Shown: positions 26,983-38,049, numbered from the stretch's first letter. The stretch is 64,000 nucleotides of DNA from an uncultured Desulfatibacillum sp. (GCA_964596545.1 CAZQUP010000005.1:12340-76339); one strand, 5' to 3'. Made by a program: numbers and translations. The notes: generated from the sequence alone by a model not told the origin.

Positions 26983-28137
26983 ATGGCGACGCAAACCTCG
27001 GCAGACGTCCCCCGGACCCCCTTTCTATTTCGCCAATCCCCTGTCCCGACAACCGGAGGCACCCCTTTGAGGCGGACGAGCCAATTCCGTCGCGCCTGCC
27101 GCAGTTGGCTTTTCCCCTACCTGCGCTCGCGTCTGGCGGCCGACGGGTTCCACCCCGTGTTGTCCTTTTTCTATACCGACCTCAATTGCAACCTGAATTG
27201 CAGCTACTGTTACAGCCGGGGGAAAAACATCCCCGGGATGAGCTGGGAGACGGCTTGCGCCGCCGTGGAGTGGCTCGAGCGGCAGGGCTGCCGGGTGCTC
27301 GCCTATATGGGGGGCGAGCCCCTGGTGCGCAAGTCCTTCATCGTCGAGCTCACACGCCTGGCGGCGGACAAGGGCTTCTTCGTCTATCTGCCGACCAATG
27401 GCATCCTCATGGACCGCAATTTCATCGACGCGATCGGTGAAGCCGGAATCGCCGCCGTGAACCTCGCCGTCGACGCCATGGACGGATATGCGGGGATCCC
27501 CAAGAATCTGAAACGGATCCTCCCGCAGTTCGAGTACCTCGTCGAGCAGGAAAAACGTTACGGCTACCACACTTTTCTCAACATCAACATCACCGGCAAG
27601 AACGTCGAGGACGTGATGGCGCTGACGGAAACGGCTCATCGCTATGGGATCGCGACCGATTACCACATCAGCGAGCCGCCGCCGATCGCATACGAGGGCT
27701 TCGATCCCTCCCACACGGATGTCTGGATTCACGAATCGCAGGTCGCCGCCGTCGACGAGCTGATCGACTGGTTGATCGCCAAAAACCGCGCCGGCTACAC
27801 CATGGTCAACTCGATCGCCCACCTCAAGGCGATGAAGCGCTTCATCCGCCGCGAACTTCCTCCCTGGCCTTGCCAGGCCGGGCGGATTTCCATGGTCATC
27901 CGGCTGGACGGGAGCTTCGCTCCCTGTTTCGAGTATTACGCGAGCGAGGAGGACTGGGGTGACTTCCGTCGGGGTCCGCGATTCGACGAGGAGCGGCTCG
28001 CGCGCCTCAAGGCGCGCTGCAGCCCGGGGTGCCTTTCGACCTGCAACTTCCAGGTGAGCCACTATTCGCAGTCCTGGTTGCGCTCGCTCCAGTGGGTGGC
28101 CAAACACGCCTACTCGCAGTGGTTCGGGGTCTCCTGA
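26983..28137 (+). CDS. Radical SAM protein with C-terminal auxiliary-cluster (twitch/SPASM-like) region
   Basis: CNLNCSYC motif, GGEPL, and C-terminal CQAG...DGSFAPC...CSPGC..C cysteines. AAAGGAGG RBS. Confidence 0.8.
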   Translation: MATQTSADVPRTPFLFRQSPVPTTGGTPLRRTSQFRRACRSWLFPYLRSRLAADGFHPVLSFFYTDLNCNLNCSYCYSRGKNIPGMSWETACAAVEWLERQGCRVLAYMGGEPLVRKSFIVELTRLAADKGFFVYLPTNGILMDRNFIDAIGEAGIAAVNLAVDAMDGYAGIPKNLKRILPQFEYLVEQEKRYGYHTFLNINITGKNVEDVMALTETAHRYGIATDYHISEPPPIAYEGFDPSHTDVWIHESQVAAVDELIDWLIAKNRAGYTMVNSIAHLKAMKRFIRRELPPWPCQAGRISMVIRLDGSFAPCFEYYASEEDWGDFRRGPRFDEERLARLKARCSPGCLSTCNFQVSHYSQSWLRSLQWVAKHAYSQWFGVS

Positions 28138-28159
28138 GCGATCGTCCATCCGAGGCGTT

Positions 28160-29080
28160 TTACGCGCCGCCCGCGAGGGGCGCCGCACAGCTCCCGCCGC
28201 GGACGAGGAGCACCGGTATGTCGCTGTACTCGGCAACGTTGCGCGAAACCGACCCCCAGAGTATCCCCTTCACCCGTCCCTTGCCGTGGGTGCCCATGAA
28301 GACAAGGGTGGCGTTTTCCTCGCGGGCAAGTTGAAGCAGGTCCGCACGCGGGTTGCCTACGGCGAGCCGCGTGCGCACGGCAAACCCTTCGGATCGCAAG
28401 CGCTGCTCCGTTTCTTCCAGCCGGCGGCGGTCGAGGCGTTCAAATTCCCGGAATTTCTCCTTGAGCTGCAAGGACATGGCCTTTTCCTCCATCACATGGA
28501 CCACCACGATCTCCCCGATCCCGGAGCCCTTCAAACGGCGGAGCGCCTCCAGGGCCGCGCGCGAGCACTCCGACCAATCGACGGGAAACAGCACACGGCG
28601 GAACGGATCCCGGCAGGCGGCGCCCTCCGGGGATCCGCGGCCGCCGTAAACTTCGGGACACTTGGGAATGTAGACCGGAAACCCGCCGTAACGGACGAGA
28701 CGGTCGGTGGTCGAGCCGAAGAGAATTTCATCGAATCCGCTGCGGCGCTCGCGCCCGCTGACGATCAGGGAGACGTTCTCTTCATCGGCCACCTGGAGAA
28801 TCCGACGCCAGGGAACTCCGATCTCGATCCGGACCTTCGCCCGCAGTCCCTGTGCCTCGGCGATCCGGACCGCTTCATCCATCCGCGAGGAGAGCTCCGC
28901 CGCCAGGGAATCGAGCATCTGCCGCGCGTGCCGCCCCTTCACGGGGAAATGCTCATCGGCCCGGATCACATGCACCAAAACGATTTCTTCGGTTCCGACA
29001 CAGCGGAGGTTGGTGACGCAGCCGAAGACCTCCCGGTAATAGGTTTCCAGGGCCGTGGCATAGAGAATCCTGGGAAACAT
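28160..29080 (-). CDS. Tandem universal stress protein (UspA) domain protein
   Basis: Two Usp domains, each ending in G..G...G(S/T) motifs. ATG 29080 is preceded by AAGGAGG. Confidence 0.8.
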   Translation of the reverse strand: MFPRILYATALETYYREVFGCVTNLRCVGTEEIVLVHVIRADEHFPVKGRHARQMLDSLAAELSSRMDEAVRIAEAQGLRAKVRIEIGVPWRRILQVADEENVSLIVSGRERRSGFDEILFGSTTDRLVRYGGFPVYIPKCPEVYGGRGSPEGAACRDPFRRVLFPVDWSECSRAALEALRRLKGSGIGEIVVVHVMEEKAMSLQLKEKFREFERLDRRRLEETEQRLRSEGFAVRTRLAVGNPRADLLQLAREENATLVFMGTHGKGRVKGILWGSVSRNVAEYSDIPVLLVRGGSCAAPLAGGA

Positions 29081-29122
29081 GTGTCCTCCTTGTTGGCGCA
29101 AGGTCCCCGGTACCCCGCTCAG

Positions 29123-29138
29123 AGCAACTCCGGTGCCA
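29123..29138 (-). promoter_or_regulatory. Sigma-54 promoter upstream of the tandem Usp gene
   Basis: The minus strand reads TGGCAC-cggag-TTGCT, 43 nt before ATG 29080. Confidence 0.7.
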
Positions 29139-29224
29139 GTTGCGCAGGTCCTCCCCGGCCCATGCTCCCAAATGCCTCCGGACGCCGTCGCCGAAGGCCT
29201 CTACGCTCGAAAAGCTCGCGGAGC

Positions 29225-29264
29225 GTTTCGGCTGCGGATGTTTCAAGCGCTGAAACTGTTTCGG
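29225..29264. promoter_or_regulatory. Candidate enhancer (UAS) between the back-to-back sigma-54 promoters
   Basis: GTTTCGG-N8-GTTTCA-agcgc-TGAAAC-t-GTTTCGG. The central 6-bp-arm dyad is flanked by identical 7-mers. Confidence 0.4.
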
Positions 29265-29404
29265 CCGTCAGCACCCCCTGATGCAACAGGGTCACGCCTC
29301 CCCCACCTCTTCCAGGGGAGAGCCCAAACCCATCGCCTCATCGGAGTCCGCTACGCGGGCATCGCGACTCGAACCCCAGTCCAGGCACCTTTCGGTATCA
29401 CATC

Positions 29405-29420
29405 TGGCACAGGCGTTGCT
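29405..29420 (+). promoter_or_regulatory. Sigma-54 promoter upstream of the TauE/SafE gene
   Basis: TGGCAC-aggcg-TTGCT, 48 nt before ATG 29468. Confidence 0.7.
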
Positions 29421-29467
29421 CCTCCCCCGAAGTGATCGTGTTGCTCCCAGCAAAAGGAGGAAGACCC

Positions 29468-30379
29468 ATGAACAGCAGCCAAGTATCGACGTGGCGCAAC
29501 TACCTCCCCTCGGGCGTATTGCTGGCGATCCTGATCGTCCTCACCGCCTGGTCCTTCGCCACCGGCATCGCCGGGCGCGGAGGTCCGCCGGTCGATGGCG
29601 GACGAGGGCTCGCTCTGGTCGTCATCGGTCTGGCGGCGGGTTTTTTGGGCGGCATCATCGGCACCGGGGGCTGCAGCGTGATGCTTCCGGCCATTCATTT
29701 CTGGATGGGCTATTCCACGCCGGTCGCCGTCGGCACGACCCTCTTTGCGGTCATTTTCACCGCGATCTCCGGCGGCTACGGGCACCTCGTCCGACGCAAT
29801 CTGGACGTGAGCGCCACCCTTTGGCTGGGGGGGGCGGGGATCGTGGGCGTGTTGATCGGCTCCTGGCTTTTCACCCTCCTCAGCCGCCAGATCGCTCTTT
29901 TGGGATTGATCCTCGGATTGGCTTTTCTCTGGCCGGCCGTCCGCATGATCTGGGAAGGACTTCGCAAGGGGACGCACCCCGGTGCGGAGGGAAATTGCAT
30001 CCCGCGCCATACCGGCGGCTGGGTCGCGTTCGGATTTTTGATCGGAATTTTCACCGGCATCGTCGGGCTGGGAGGCGGGTACGCCCTGGTACCGGGACTG
30101 ATCTATCTTTTCGGCGCTCCGGTCTATGTCACCATGGGGACTTCGCTCGCCACGATGATCCCGCTGGCCGTGGTGGGCGGCGGCATCAAGCTGATCCAGG
30201 GCTACGTCGCCATCGGTGCCGGGCTGCTTCTCGCCGCGGGGACGGTCGTCGGCGCGCAGATCGGCGCAGCGGTGATCAAGAAGTTCAAACCGGCGACCCT
30301 GAAGCTGATCTTCGGCGTTTACTTTCTCTACGTCGCGGTGAAGTTCGTGCTGGCCTATTTCGGCATTCAGATCTTCTGA
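29468..30379 (+). CDS. TauE/SafE family sulfite/anion exporter
   Basis: Polytopic, with repeated GFLGGIIGTGG and GIVGLGGG motifs. AAAGGAGGA RBS. Confidence 0.8.
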   Translation: MNSSQVSTWRNYLPSGVLLAILIVLTAWSFATGIAGRGGPPVDGGRGLALVVIGLAAGFLGGIIGTGGCSVMLPAIHFWMGYSTPVAVGTTLFAVIFTAISGGYGHLVRRNLDVSATLWLGGAGIVGVLIGSWLFTLLSRQIALLGLILGLAFLWPAVRMIWEGLRKGTHPGAEGNCIPRHTGGWVAFGFLIGIFTGIVGLGGGYALVPGLIYLFGAPVYVTMGTSLATMIPLAVVGGGIKLIQGYVAIGAGLLLAAGTVVGAQIGAAVIKKFKPATLKLIFGVYFLYVAVKFVLAYFGIQIF

Positions 30380-30505
30380 GGACTCCTGGTCCGCAGGCGG
30401 GTTTCCGGATGTAAACGGCCGGTCGGCAGGGGACGACGAGGATTCCCGCCCGCGGCCCCCGGAAAAGCGCAGGAAAGGAATCGGGGGCAGGAAGGCGGAT
30501 TTAAG

Positions 30506-30751
30506 CTAATTTTTCGAAAAGAACAGGCGCCGGATCAACAGCAGACACAGACCGATGACCGCCCCCCAGAAAAGGAGGTTCAGCAGCGGGTGGGGGAAAT
30601 AGGGGAAGCCGAAAAAAATCGGCGGGCAAGACCAGGAGTTCCAGGGCGGGAACCCCCGACCCCACGGCCCCGCCAGTGCCGTCGAGGCGCGCGAGAGACC
30701 GAAAAACAAGGTGCTCCAAAAACAGGATCGGCTGAACAGGCAAGGCTTCAT
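30506..30751 (-). CDS. Small hypothetical membrane/exported protein (aromatic/Pro-rich)
   Basis: Signal-like N-terminus, GPWGRGFPPWNSW segment, C-terminal TM helix. No family recognised. Confidence 0.3.
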   Translation of the reverse strand: MKPCLFSRSCFWSTLFFGLSRASTALAGPWGRGFPPWNSWSCPPIFFGFPYFPHPLLNLLFWGAVIGLCLLLIRRLFFSKN

Positions 30752-30816
30752 TTTCGCAGGCCCTTTCACCGGGAGGGAAAGCCGCTTGGCTGCCGCGGCT
30801 TCTCATCGTGTGGAAA

Positions 30817-31452
30817 TCATTCCGGCTCCGCCGCGTCGCTCCCTTCACTCCGCCGCAGGGAGGCAAAGCCAGCGGGGGTGTCTTCCCCGAGGCGTGCGCC
30901 GTCGGGCGCGGTCGGGTTGAAGCGGCGGGTCTTTCTCCAGGCACGGATGGCCGCGTCAAGGTCCTGAAATGCATCCAGCAGGATCAGGCCTTTGTAAAGG
31001 TGGGCGTCTTCCTGTTGCGGATTGAGGGCGATGGCCCGGTCCAAAGCCTCCAGCGCCTTCTCAGGCTTGCCGTCCTTCAGGTAATGGATCCCCAGTTCCG
31101 CCCAGATTTCGGAGCGCCGGGGATCGAGCGCCAGAAAATTCTCGTAGGCCGCCCCCGCCTCCGCGCTCAGGCCGGATTCGCTGTAAACGCGGGCAAGCGA
31201 AAGCCAGGCGCCGGAATGGCCCGGATTTCTCGCCACGGCACGTTCGAGAAGCAAAATCTGCGGCACCGGGAAAGATCGAACCATCGCCAACAGCCGGCTG
31301 TCGCCGAAAATCCATTGATCGATCACCCACGCCGCACCCAGGCTTCCGAAAAAAGCCCCGGCGCCCAAGAGGGCCAGGATCTTGCCCGAGACCGTTTTTC
31401 CCCGGCGGTCAATCGCGACGGAAGCCCCATACCGTGCCGAGATCATCGCCAT
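30817..31452 (-). CDS. Tetratricopeptide repeat protein (membrane-anchored)
   Basis: An N-terminal TM helix followed by TPR units (AWLSLARVY..G....A..Y..AL.LDP). GGAGAAAGGAG RBS. Confidence 0.65.
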   Translation of the reverse strand: MAMISARYGASVAIDRRGKTVSGKILALLGAGAFFGSLGAAWVIDQWIFGDSRLLAMVRSFPVPQILLLERAVARNPGHSGAWLSLARVYSESGLSAEAGAAYENFLALDPRRSEIWAELGIHYLKDGKPEKALEALDRAIALNPQQEDAHLYKGLILLDAFQDLDAAIRAWRKTRRFNPTAPDGARLGEDTPAGFASLRRSEGSDAAEPE

Positions 31453-31540
31453 CGTTCTCCTTTCTCCAGGGGGCCGGAGACAGGTTACCGCCAGAAGTCG
31501 CGGAGCTCTTGAGTCCGGTTTCAACCGGAGGTTGATCGGT

Positions 31541-31573
31541 GGGGGGGGGAAAGCCGAGGGCTCGATCCCCCCC
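31541..31573. other. GC-clamped stem-loop between Spy-like paralog 1 and the TPR gene
   Basis: G9 run (31541-49), aaagCCGAGggCTCGat, then C7 run (31567-73). No adjacent U-tract on the coding (minus) strand. Confidence 0.3.
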
Positions 31574-31583
31574 GCTTCGGTGA

Positions 31584-31955
31584 CTACTTTTTCTCCGGAT
31601 TCGTGAGGACGTTGAGCATTTCCGCCCTCAGGTTGTTCGACTCCTGCTGGAGCTCATCAATCAGATCAAAGATCTCCTTTTGCAGCGCCGCCACTTTGGC
31701 CTGATCCGGGTTCGGGGCGAGCATCAAGGTTCTCAGCTCCATCTTTTTGCTGAAGAGCTGCTGCTGAAGGGGAACGGTTTTTTCATGGTGGGCCTGCTGG
31801 AGCGCCAGGATCCGGCTGGACTGCTCCGGGGTGAGGTTATGAACCATCGGCCCCATGCCGTAGAACTTGCCGCCCCAGGGCCCGGCGAAAGCTGCGGAGG
31901 TCACCAACGCCAGCGCCAGGGTAAAGCTCAGTGCAATCCAGGCTTTCGTTTTCAT
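31584..31955 (-). CDS. Spy/CpxP/ZraP-family periplasmic chaperone, paralog 1
   Basis: Signal peptide, LTPEQ (LTxxQ) motif, helical hairpin repeats. Confidence 0.75.
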   Translation of the reverse strand: MKTKAWIALSFTLALALVTSAAFAGPWGGKFYGMGPMVHNLTPEQSSRILALQQAHHEKTVPLQQQLFSKKMELRTLMLAPNPDQAKVAALQKEIFDLIDELQQESNNLRAEMLNVLTNPEKK

Positions 31956-32015
31956 TTTCTTCTCCTTTTGAATGGATCGAGGGATTCCCCCTCCTTCGCA
32001 ATCAGTTTTTACCTT

Positions 32016-32474
32016 CTACCATCGGCCGTACATGCGGCCGCCCTTGCCGAATCCGCCGCCGTAGCCCAAGCCGGGCATCAGGGCGAGCTGCTCCGGAGTC
32101 AGCAGTTTCCGGACCGCCAGCTGATGCTGCGTGGCCTTCTCGCGCAACTTCGCCTCGAGCTCCAAGATCTCACGCTGCTTGGCATTGACCTTGTCCGCAT
32201 CCGGGTTGGGCTGGGACCACAGCAGCCGCATTTCCGTCCGCTTGCTGAACAGTTGGCTCTGCAGGGGAGCGATTTCCTCAAAATAGGATCGCCTCAGGTC
32301 CTGGATCTTCTGCGCCTGCTCCGGGGTGAGGTTGGGAGCCCCGGCATACGGCACGCCATAACCCGGGCCCATGCCCCCGCGTCCCCATCCGCCCATTCCT
32401 CCCGGGCCGGCTACAGCCCACGAGGCGACGAGAACCAGCGCCGCAGCGATGAGAAGCGTGTGTGTTCTTTTCAT
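32016..32474 (-). CDS. Spy/CpxP/ZraP-family periplasmic protein, paralog 2 (Gly-rich N-terminus)
   Basis: Signal peptide, two LTPEQ motifs, ends GRMYGRW. ATG 32474 lies 9 nt after AAGGAGG. Confidence 0.75.
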   Translation of the reverse strand: MKRTHTLLIAAALVLVASWAVAGPGGMGGWGRGGMGPGYGVPYAGAPNLTPEQAQKIQDLRRSYFEEIAPLQSQLFSKRTEMRLLWSQPNPDADKVNAKQREILELEAKLREKATQHQLAVRKLLTPEQLALMPGLGYGGGFGKGGRMYGRW

Positions 32475-32515
32475 TGCGATCATCCTCCTTTCGGTTGGGT
32501 TTTGCCGCTCTTCTT

Positions 32516-32531
32516 TGCAGATCACATGCCA
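32516..32531 (-). promoter_or_regulatory. Sigma-54 promoter upstream of Spy/ZraP-like paralog 2
   Basis: The minus strand reads TGGCAT-gtgat-CTGCA with canonical spacing, 42 nt before ATG 32474. Confidence 0.7.
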
Positions 32532-32817
32532 GAAGCCCTTCAAGGAGAAATTCGTCATATAAAATATCGAATTATAATGAAAAATTATCTTTTGCAGAAG
32601 TTGACGGTGGGGCCGGGAATGCGGAAAAAAATGTCGAGGATCTTGCCGCGGCTCAACCCACGGTTGCTGGAATAGTACATTTTTTCAATATATTATGTAG
32701 CTCTGAGAGCTCGACAAAAAAAGAAGCGCTCGGGAGTTAGGGACGTCGAATGACCAAAGAGAAGAGGAAAAGCGCAGCCGTTATCACGAACCCAAACTTT
32801 TGGATTGCTGGAGGAAA

Positions 32818-33309
32818 CTACCACCTGCCGCCGTGCATACGGCCCTTGCGGCCGGCCCCCGGGCCGTGTTCCGATCCCGTGCCCATGCCATAGCCCCGCG
32901 ATTGCAGGCGCTCGCGCTGCTCGGGGGTGAGCAGGGATTGCATTTCGAACCGCTGTCGGGTCGTCATTTCCCGCAGACGAAGGTCCAGCTCGGCCAGTTC
33001 GCGCTGCGTGGCGAGGATTTTTTCCTGATCCGGATTGGGATTCGCCCAGAGAGCGCGCAATTCGGACCTCTTGGCGAGTCGCCGGTTTTGCAGCGGAGCC
33101 GCTTCAGCCCGATGCTTTCGGCGAAGCTCATCGATCTTTTGCCTCTGCTCGGGGCTCAGGTCGAGTATCTCGGCATAACGCCCGCCGGAGCCGGAGCCCA
33201 AGCCCTGTCCAGGTCCCATGCCGCCCCCCACCCCTTCGGGCCCAGCAATGGCGATAGACGTGCTGATCGCCAGAGCCCCCAATACAATCGCTGCTTTTTT
33301 GTGCCGCAT
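32818..33309 (-). CDS. Spy/CpxP/ZraP-family periplasmic protein, paralog 3
   Basis: Signal peptide, LSPEQ and LTPEQ motifs, ends GRMHGGRW. GGAGG RBS. Confidence 0.75.
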   Translation of the reverse strand: MRHKKAAIVLGALAISTSIAIAGPEGVGGGMGPGQGLGSGSGGRYAEILDLSPEQRQKIDELRRKHRAEAAPLQNRRLAKRSELRALWANPNPDQEKILATQRELAELDLRLREMTTRQRFEMQSLLTPEQRERLQSRGYGMGTGSEHGPGAGRKGRMHGGRW

Positions 33310-33558
33310 GGCAAGAATCCTCCGTTTTCGACACCATGGGTCTCCGCATGGTGGAAAGCCTGCGTGCCGGAATTTACCAAGACCTGCGAAGTTGGGAAAA
33401 TTCAAAACAAATTAGATCAAATCAACAAATTTGAAAATAACAAGTGCAGAAAATTGCCGGATTTCCCGTCAGCGGCGATTTTGCCGATCCGGGGAAACCC
33501 GGCGTGCCTTCTTGCCCGCAATCGGGAAAGAGAGTAGGCTGCATTCAGGGAGTCGTCC

Positions 33559-35301
33559 ATGATGGCGCCAAAAACGCCTCCGCCGAGTCCGGATCCTTCA
33601 AGGGAGAAACGGCTGTTTCTTCAGCCGCTTGCGGTCGTCGCGATTTCCGTCGTCATCAGCCTTCTTTTCTGGGCGACAGCGATGTTGACCAGCCGCCGGC
33701 TCGAGGAGGCGCTCCTCGAGGGTGTCCATGCGCGCGCGCGCTCCATCCTTCAGGGGATCGAACTTCTGGCCGAACGCAAGTTCGAGCGCTGGGAGAAGCT
33801 GTTTCAGGCGGGAGGAGCCGACCCGTTCGCTCTGGATCCTTCGTTTGAAGAAGTCTTTGCCCTGCGGGAGGTGCTGGTTTCCGATCTGCTCTCCCGGGCG
33901 ATGGAACTGGATGGTGCCCTTTACGCCAGCTCGAGTCCGAAAGAGGTCCTCGCCGAAGCGCTCGCTTCGCGGGAGATTTCCGCCCTGGCGGTTTTCGATG
34001 CGACGGGCCGAGCCCTTCACATCAGCGGCCGTCTGCCCACGGCGTTTCCCCTCGAGCTTTTCGAGCTTCTGCCGCCGGGGGAAGAAATCGCCGTGAGGCT
34101 CGAGGCGGAGGAACCCTTCGCCCATGGCTATGTCGGGCTGCGAAGGCGCACCGCCGGCGGGGCGGTATTTCTTTTTTTCGAGCGCGAGGGGATCCGGCGC
34201 TGGACGCTCCGGCGGGCGCTCCGTGAGGCGGCCGAAGAGGTCGGCTGGCGAGAGGAGGTCGCCCATCTGGTTCTCTTCGACGACGGCGGCCGCACGATCG
34301 TCGCGTTGGGCGACACCCCGGAAAATCGGCCATCGGTCCCCCCGCCCGCGGAAGGGGAAATGCGCCGCCTGCCCCAAAAAGAAGGCGATCTCCTCGAGGC
34401 GGCGCGTCGCATCCGTTTCGAGGGCGAAAGTCCGTTTCTCGCGCGGATCGGGCTGCGCGCCCGAACCCTCGATGAACTGCTCCGCGACCATCGCCGCAGC
34501 GTCTATCTTTCCGCGGCGCTGATGGTCGGCCTGGGGCTGCTTTTCATCCTGCTGCTCACATGGAATCAGAACCGTCACCTGCGTCGGATCGAGGCGCTGC
34601 AACGACGCCTGCACCAGACCGAACGCCTCTCCTCCCTCGGAAAACTCGCCGCCGCCGTCGCCCACGAAATCCGAAACCCCCTGAACGCCGTCAGTCTCGC
34701 CATTCAGCGCCTGCAACGCGAAGCCGAGACAGGAAGAGGAAACCCGGCGGAAACGGCAAAGCTCCTGCAAACCGTCCGCAGTGAAATCCGGCGGCTCGAC
34801 CGCATCGTCGAGGATTTCCTCATGCTGTCGCGCGCCGGCCGGATCGAGCTTCGCCCCGTCTCCCTGCGCGCGCTAATCGAATCGCTGCTCACCCTTCTCG
34901 GTGAGGAGGCCGGCGCGCGCGGGGTGACCCTGGAATCCGTCTTTCCGGAGACGGATCTCGTCCTGACCGGTGATGAAAACCGTTTGCGGCAGGCGTTGCT
35001 CAATTTAATGAAAAACGCGCTTGAGGCCTTGCCTCAAGGCGGCACGGTTTGCGTCGCCCTTCGGAGTCGCCCGCCCGGGGAGGCCGAGATCGAAATCCGC
35101 GACTCGGGAGTCGGCATCCCGCAGGCGAGCCTGGCCGCGATCTTCGACCCGGATTACACGACCAAGCCCGGCGGCTTGGGTTTGGGGCTTCCCATCGCCC
35201 TGCAGATCATCCGCGCCCATGGGGGCGAGCTCGCGGTGCACAGCACCCCCGGAGATGGTACGGTTTTCACGCTCCGGCTGCCTCTTGCGGGAGGAAACTA
35301 G
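33559..35301 (+). CDS. Sensor histidine kinase (ZraS/NtrB-like)
   Basis: Two TM segments flanking a periplasmic domain, HEIRNPLN H-box, N, G1 (DSGVGI) and G2 (GGLGLGL) boxes. Confidence 0.85.
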   Translation: MMAPKTPPPSPDPSREKRLFLQPLAVVAISVVISLLFWATAMLTSRRLEEALLEGVHARARSILQGIELLAERKFERWEKLFQAGGADPFALDPSFEEVFALREVLVSDLLSRAMELDGALYASSSPKEVLAEALASREISALAVFDATGRALHISGRLPTAFPLELFELLPPGEEIAVRLEAEEPFAHGYVGLRRRTAGGAVFLFFEREGIRRWTLRRALREAAEEVGWREEVAHLVLFDDGGRTIVALGDTPENRPSVPPPAEGEMRRLPQKEGDLLEAARRIRFEGESPFLARIGLRARTLDELLRDHRRSVYLSAALMVGLGLLFILLLTWNQNRHLRRIEALQRRLHQTERLSSLGKLAAAVAHEIRNPLNAVSLAIQRLQREAETGRGNPAETAKLLQTVRSEIRRLDRIVEDFLMLSRAGRIELRPVSLRALIESLLTLLGEEAGARGVTLESVFPETDLVLTGDENRLRQALLNLMKNALEALPQGGTVCVALRSRPPGEAEIEIRDSGVGIPQASLAAIFDPDYTTKPGGLGLGLPIALQIIRAHGGELAVHSTPGDGTVFTLRLPLAGGN

Positions 35302-35315
35302 GGAGAATCTCATCC

Positions 35316-36677
<1,362 letters not shown>

Positions 36678-36693
36678 GCGGCGGGCTTTCGGG

Positions 36694-38049
36694 TTACTCC
36701 CTGTCGCAAGAGTTGGGGGAGAGGCCGTATTTGCGCATGCGGCGCCAGAGCGTCGTGCGGCTGATTCCGAGGGCACGCGCCGCGGCGAGGCGATTTCCCC
36801 CAAAGCCGGCAAGCACGGTGCGGATCTTCTCGGCCTGAGCCGCGCTCTCCGGAGACGGGCAACAACGGCTTTCCGCGACCTCTTCGCGGATTTCCTGCGG
36901 CAGGTGTTCCGGCCGGATCAGCTTTTCGCGGCAGGTGACAAACGCGTACTCGATGATGTTTTCGAGCTCGCGGATATTTCCGGGGAAAGGGTAGTCGAGA
37001 AGGATGTTCATCACTTCCGGGGCCACTCCCTGGATCTCCCGGCCCTTGATCATATTGAACCGGCGCACAACGTGGTCAACCAAGAGGGGAATGTCCTCCC
37101 GGCGCTCGCGCAGCGGCGGAAGGCTCACCTTGACGACGTTCAGGCGGTAATAGAGATCTTCCCGGAACCGCCCCTCGCGCACCTGGGCCTTGAGGTCCAG
37201 GTTGGAGGCCGTCACCAGCCGAAAGTCGGAGCGCAACGGTCGATTCGACCCCAGGGGAGTGAACACTCCGTCTTCGAGCACACGCAGCAGGTCGGCCTGG
37301 AACGCCGCCGAGGTGCTGCCGATTTCGTCCAGAAACAGGGTTCCGCGGTCAGCGGCCAGGATCCTGCCGGACTTGTCGCGCACGGCCCCCGTAAAGGCGC
37401 CCTTGGCGTGGCCGAAGAGCTCGGATTCGAGGAGCGTATCCGGCAAAGCGGCGCAGTTCACGGCGACGAAGGGGCCCTCGCTCCGCCGGCTGAGGCCGTG
37501 GATGGCCCGGGCGATCAGCTCCTTTCCCGAACCGGTCGGTCCTTCGATCAAAACCGCACTGTCGCTCATCGCGATGTCCGGCAACAGAGCGAGCAGGGCG
37601 CGTATCCGCGGGTGGCGGCCGACAATGTCCTCCGGAGCAAAGCGTCGATCGATCTGGCGGCGAAGCTGCTCGATCTCGGTGAGGTCGCGGAGCGTCTCGA
37701 CGGCCCCTAGGATCCGGCCGTTTTCGTCTTTCAGAGGGGCCATATTGAGGCGCACCATGACCCGTCCCCCGCCCTTGGCGATCAGGACGACGCGCTGGTC
37801 GGCGGGGGGGCCTTCGCCCTGCAGGCAGTCATCGAGGGGGCAGCGGCGGGCGCACAGATCGGCCCGCAAAACGTCGAAGCATTTGCGTCCCACGGCCTCG
37901 GCGACCGAAAAACCGGTGATCCGCTCGGCGGCGGGATTGAGGTAGGTGACCCGCTTTTGCGCATCGATCGTGACCACGCCCTCGCTCACGCTTTCGACGA
38001 TCGTGCAGCAGTGGGTGGGCGATAGGGTCAGGAGCCGGAAACGCGCCAA
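36694..38049 (-). CDS. PAS-domain sigma-54-dependent transcriptional activator
   Basis: TTG start 5 nt after AAAGGAG. PAS domain with a CARRCPLDDC cysteine motif, GPTGSGKE, GAFTGA, Fis HTH. Confidence 0.8.
   Translation of the reverse strand: MARFRLLTLSPTHCCTIVESVSEGVVTIDAQKRVTYLNPAAERITGFSVAEAVGRKCFDVLRADLCARRCPLDDCLQGEGPPADQRVVLIAKGGGRVMVRLNMAPLKDENGRILGAVETLRDLTEIEQLRRQIDRRFAPEDIVGRHPRIRALLALLPDIAMSDSAVLIEGPTGSGKELIARAIHGLSRRSEGPFVAVNCAALPDTLLESELFGHAKGAFTGAVRDKSGRILAADRGTLFLDEIGSTSAAFQADLLRVLEDGVFTPLGSNRPLRSDFRLVTASNLDLKAQVREGRFREDLYYRLNVVKVSLPPLRERREDIPLLVDHVVRRFNMIKGREIQGVAPEVMNILLDYPFPGNIRELENIIEYAFVTCREKLIRPEHLPQEIREEVAESRCCPSPESAAQAEKIRTVLAGFGGNRLAAARALGISRTTLWRRMRKYGLSPNSCDRE

Noticed and set aside
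33352-33370. Sigma-54-like motif CCGGCACGCAGGCTTTCCA upstream of Spy-like paralog 3. A second one, CGGCAATTTTCTGCA, lies near 33443-33457.
   Set aside because: The first has a good -24 GGCAC, but TT sits where the -12 GC must be. The second has GG-to-GC spacing one base short. Sigma-54 spacing is strict, so neither is called.
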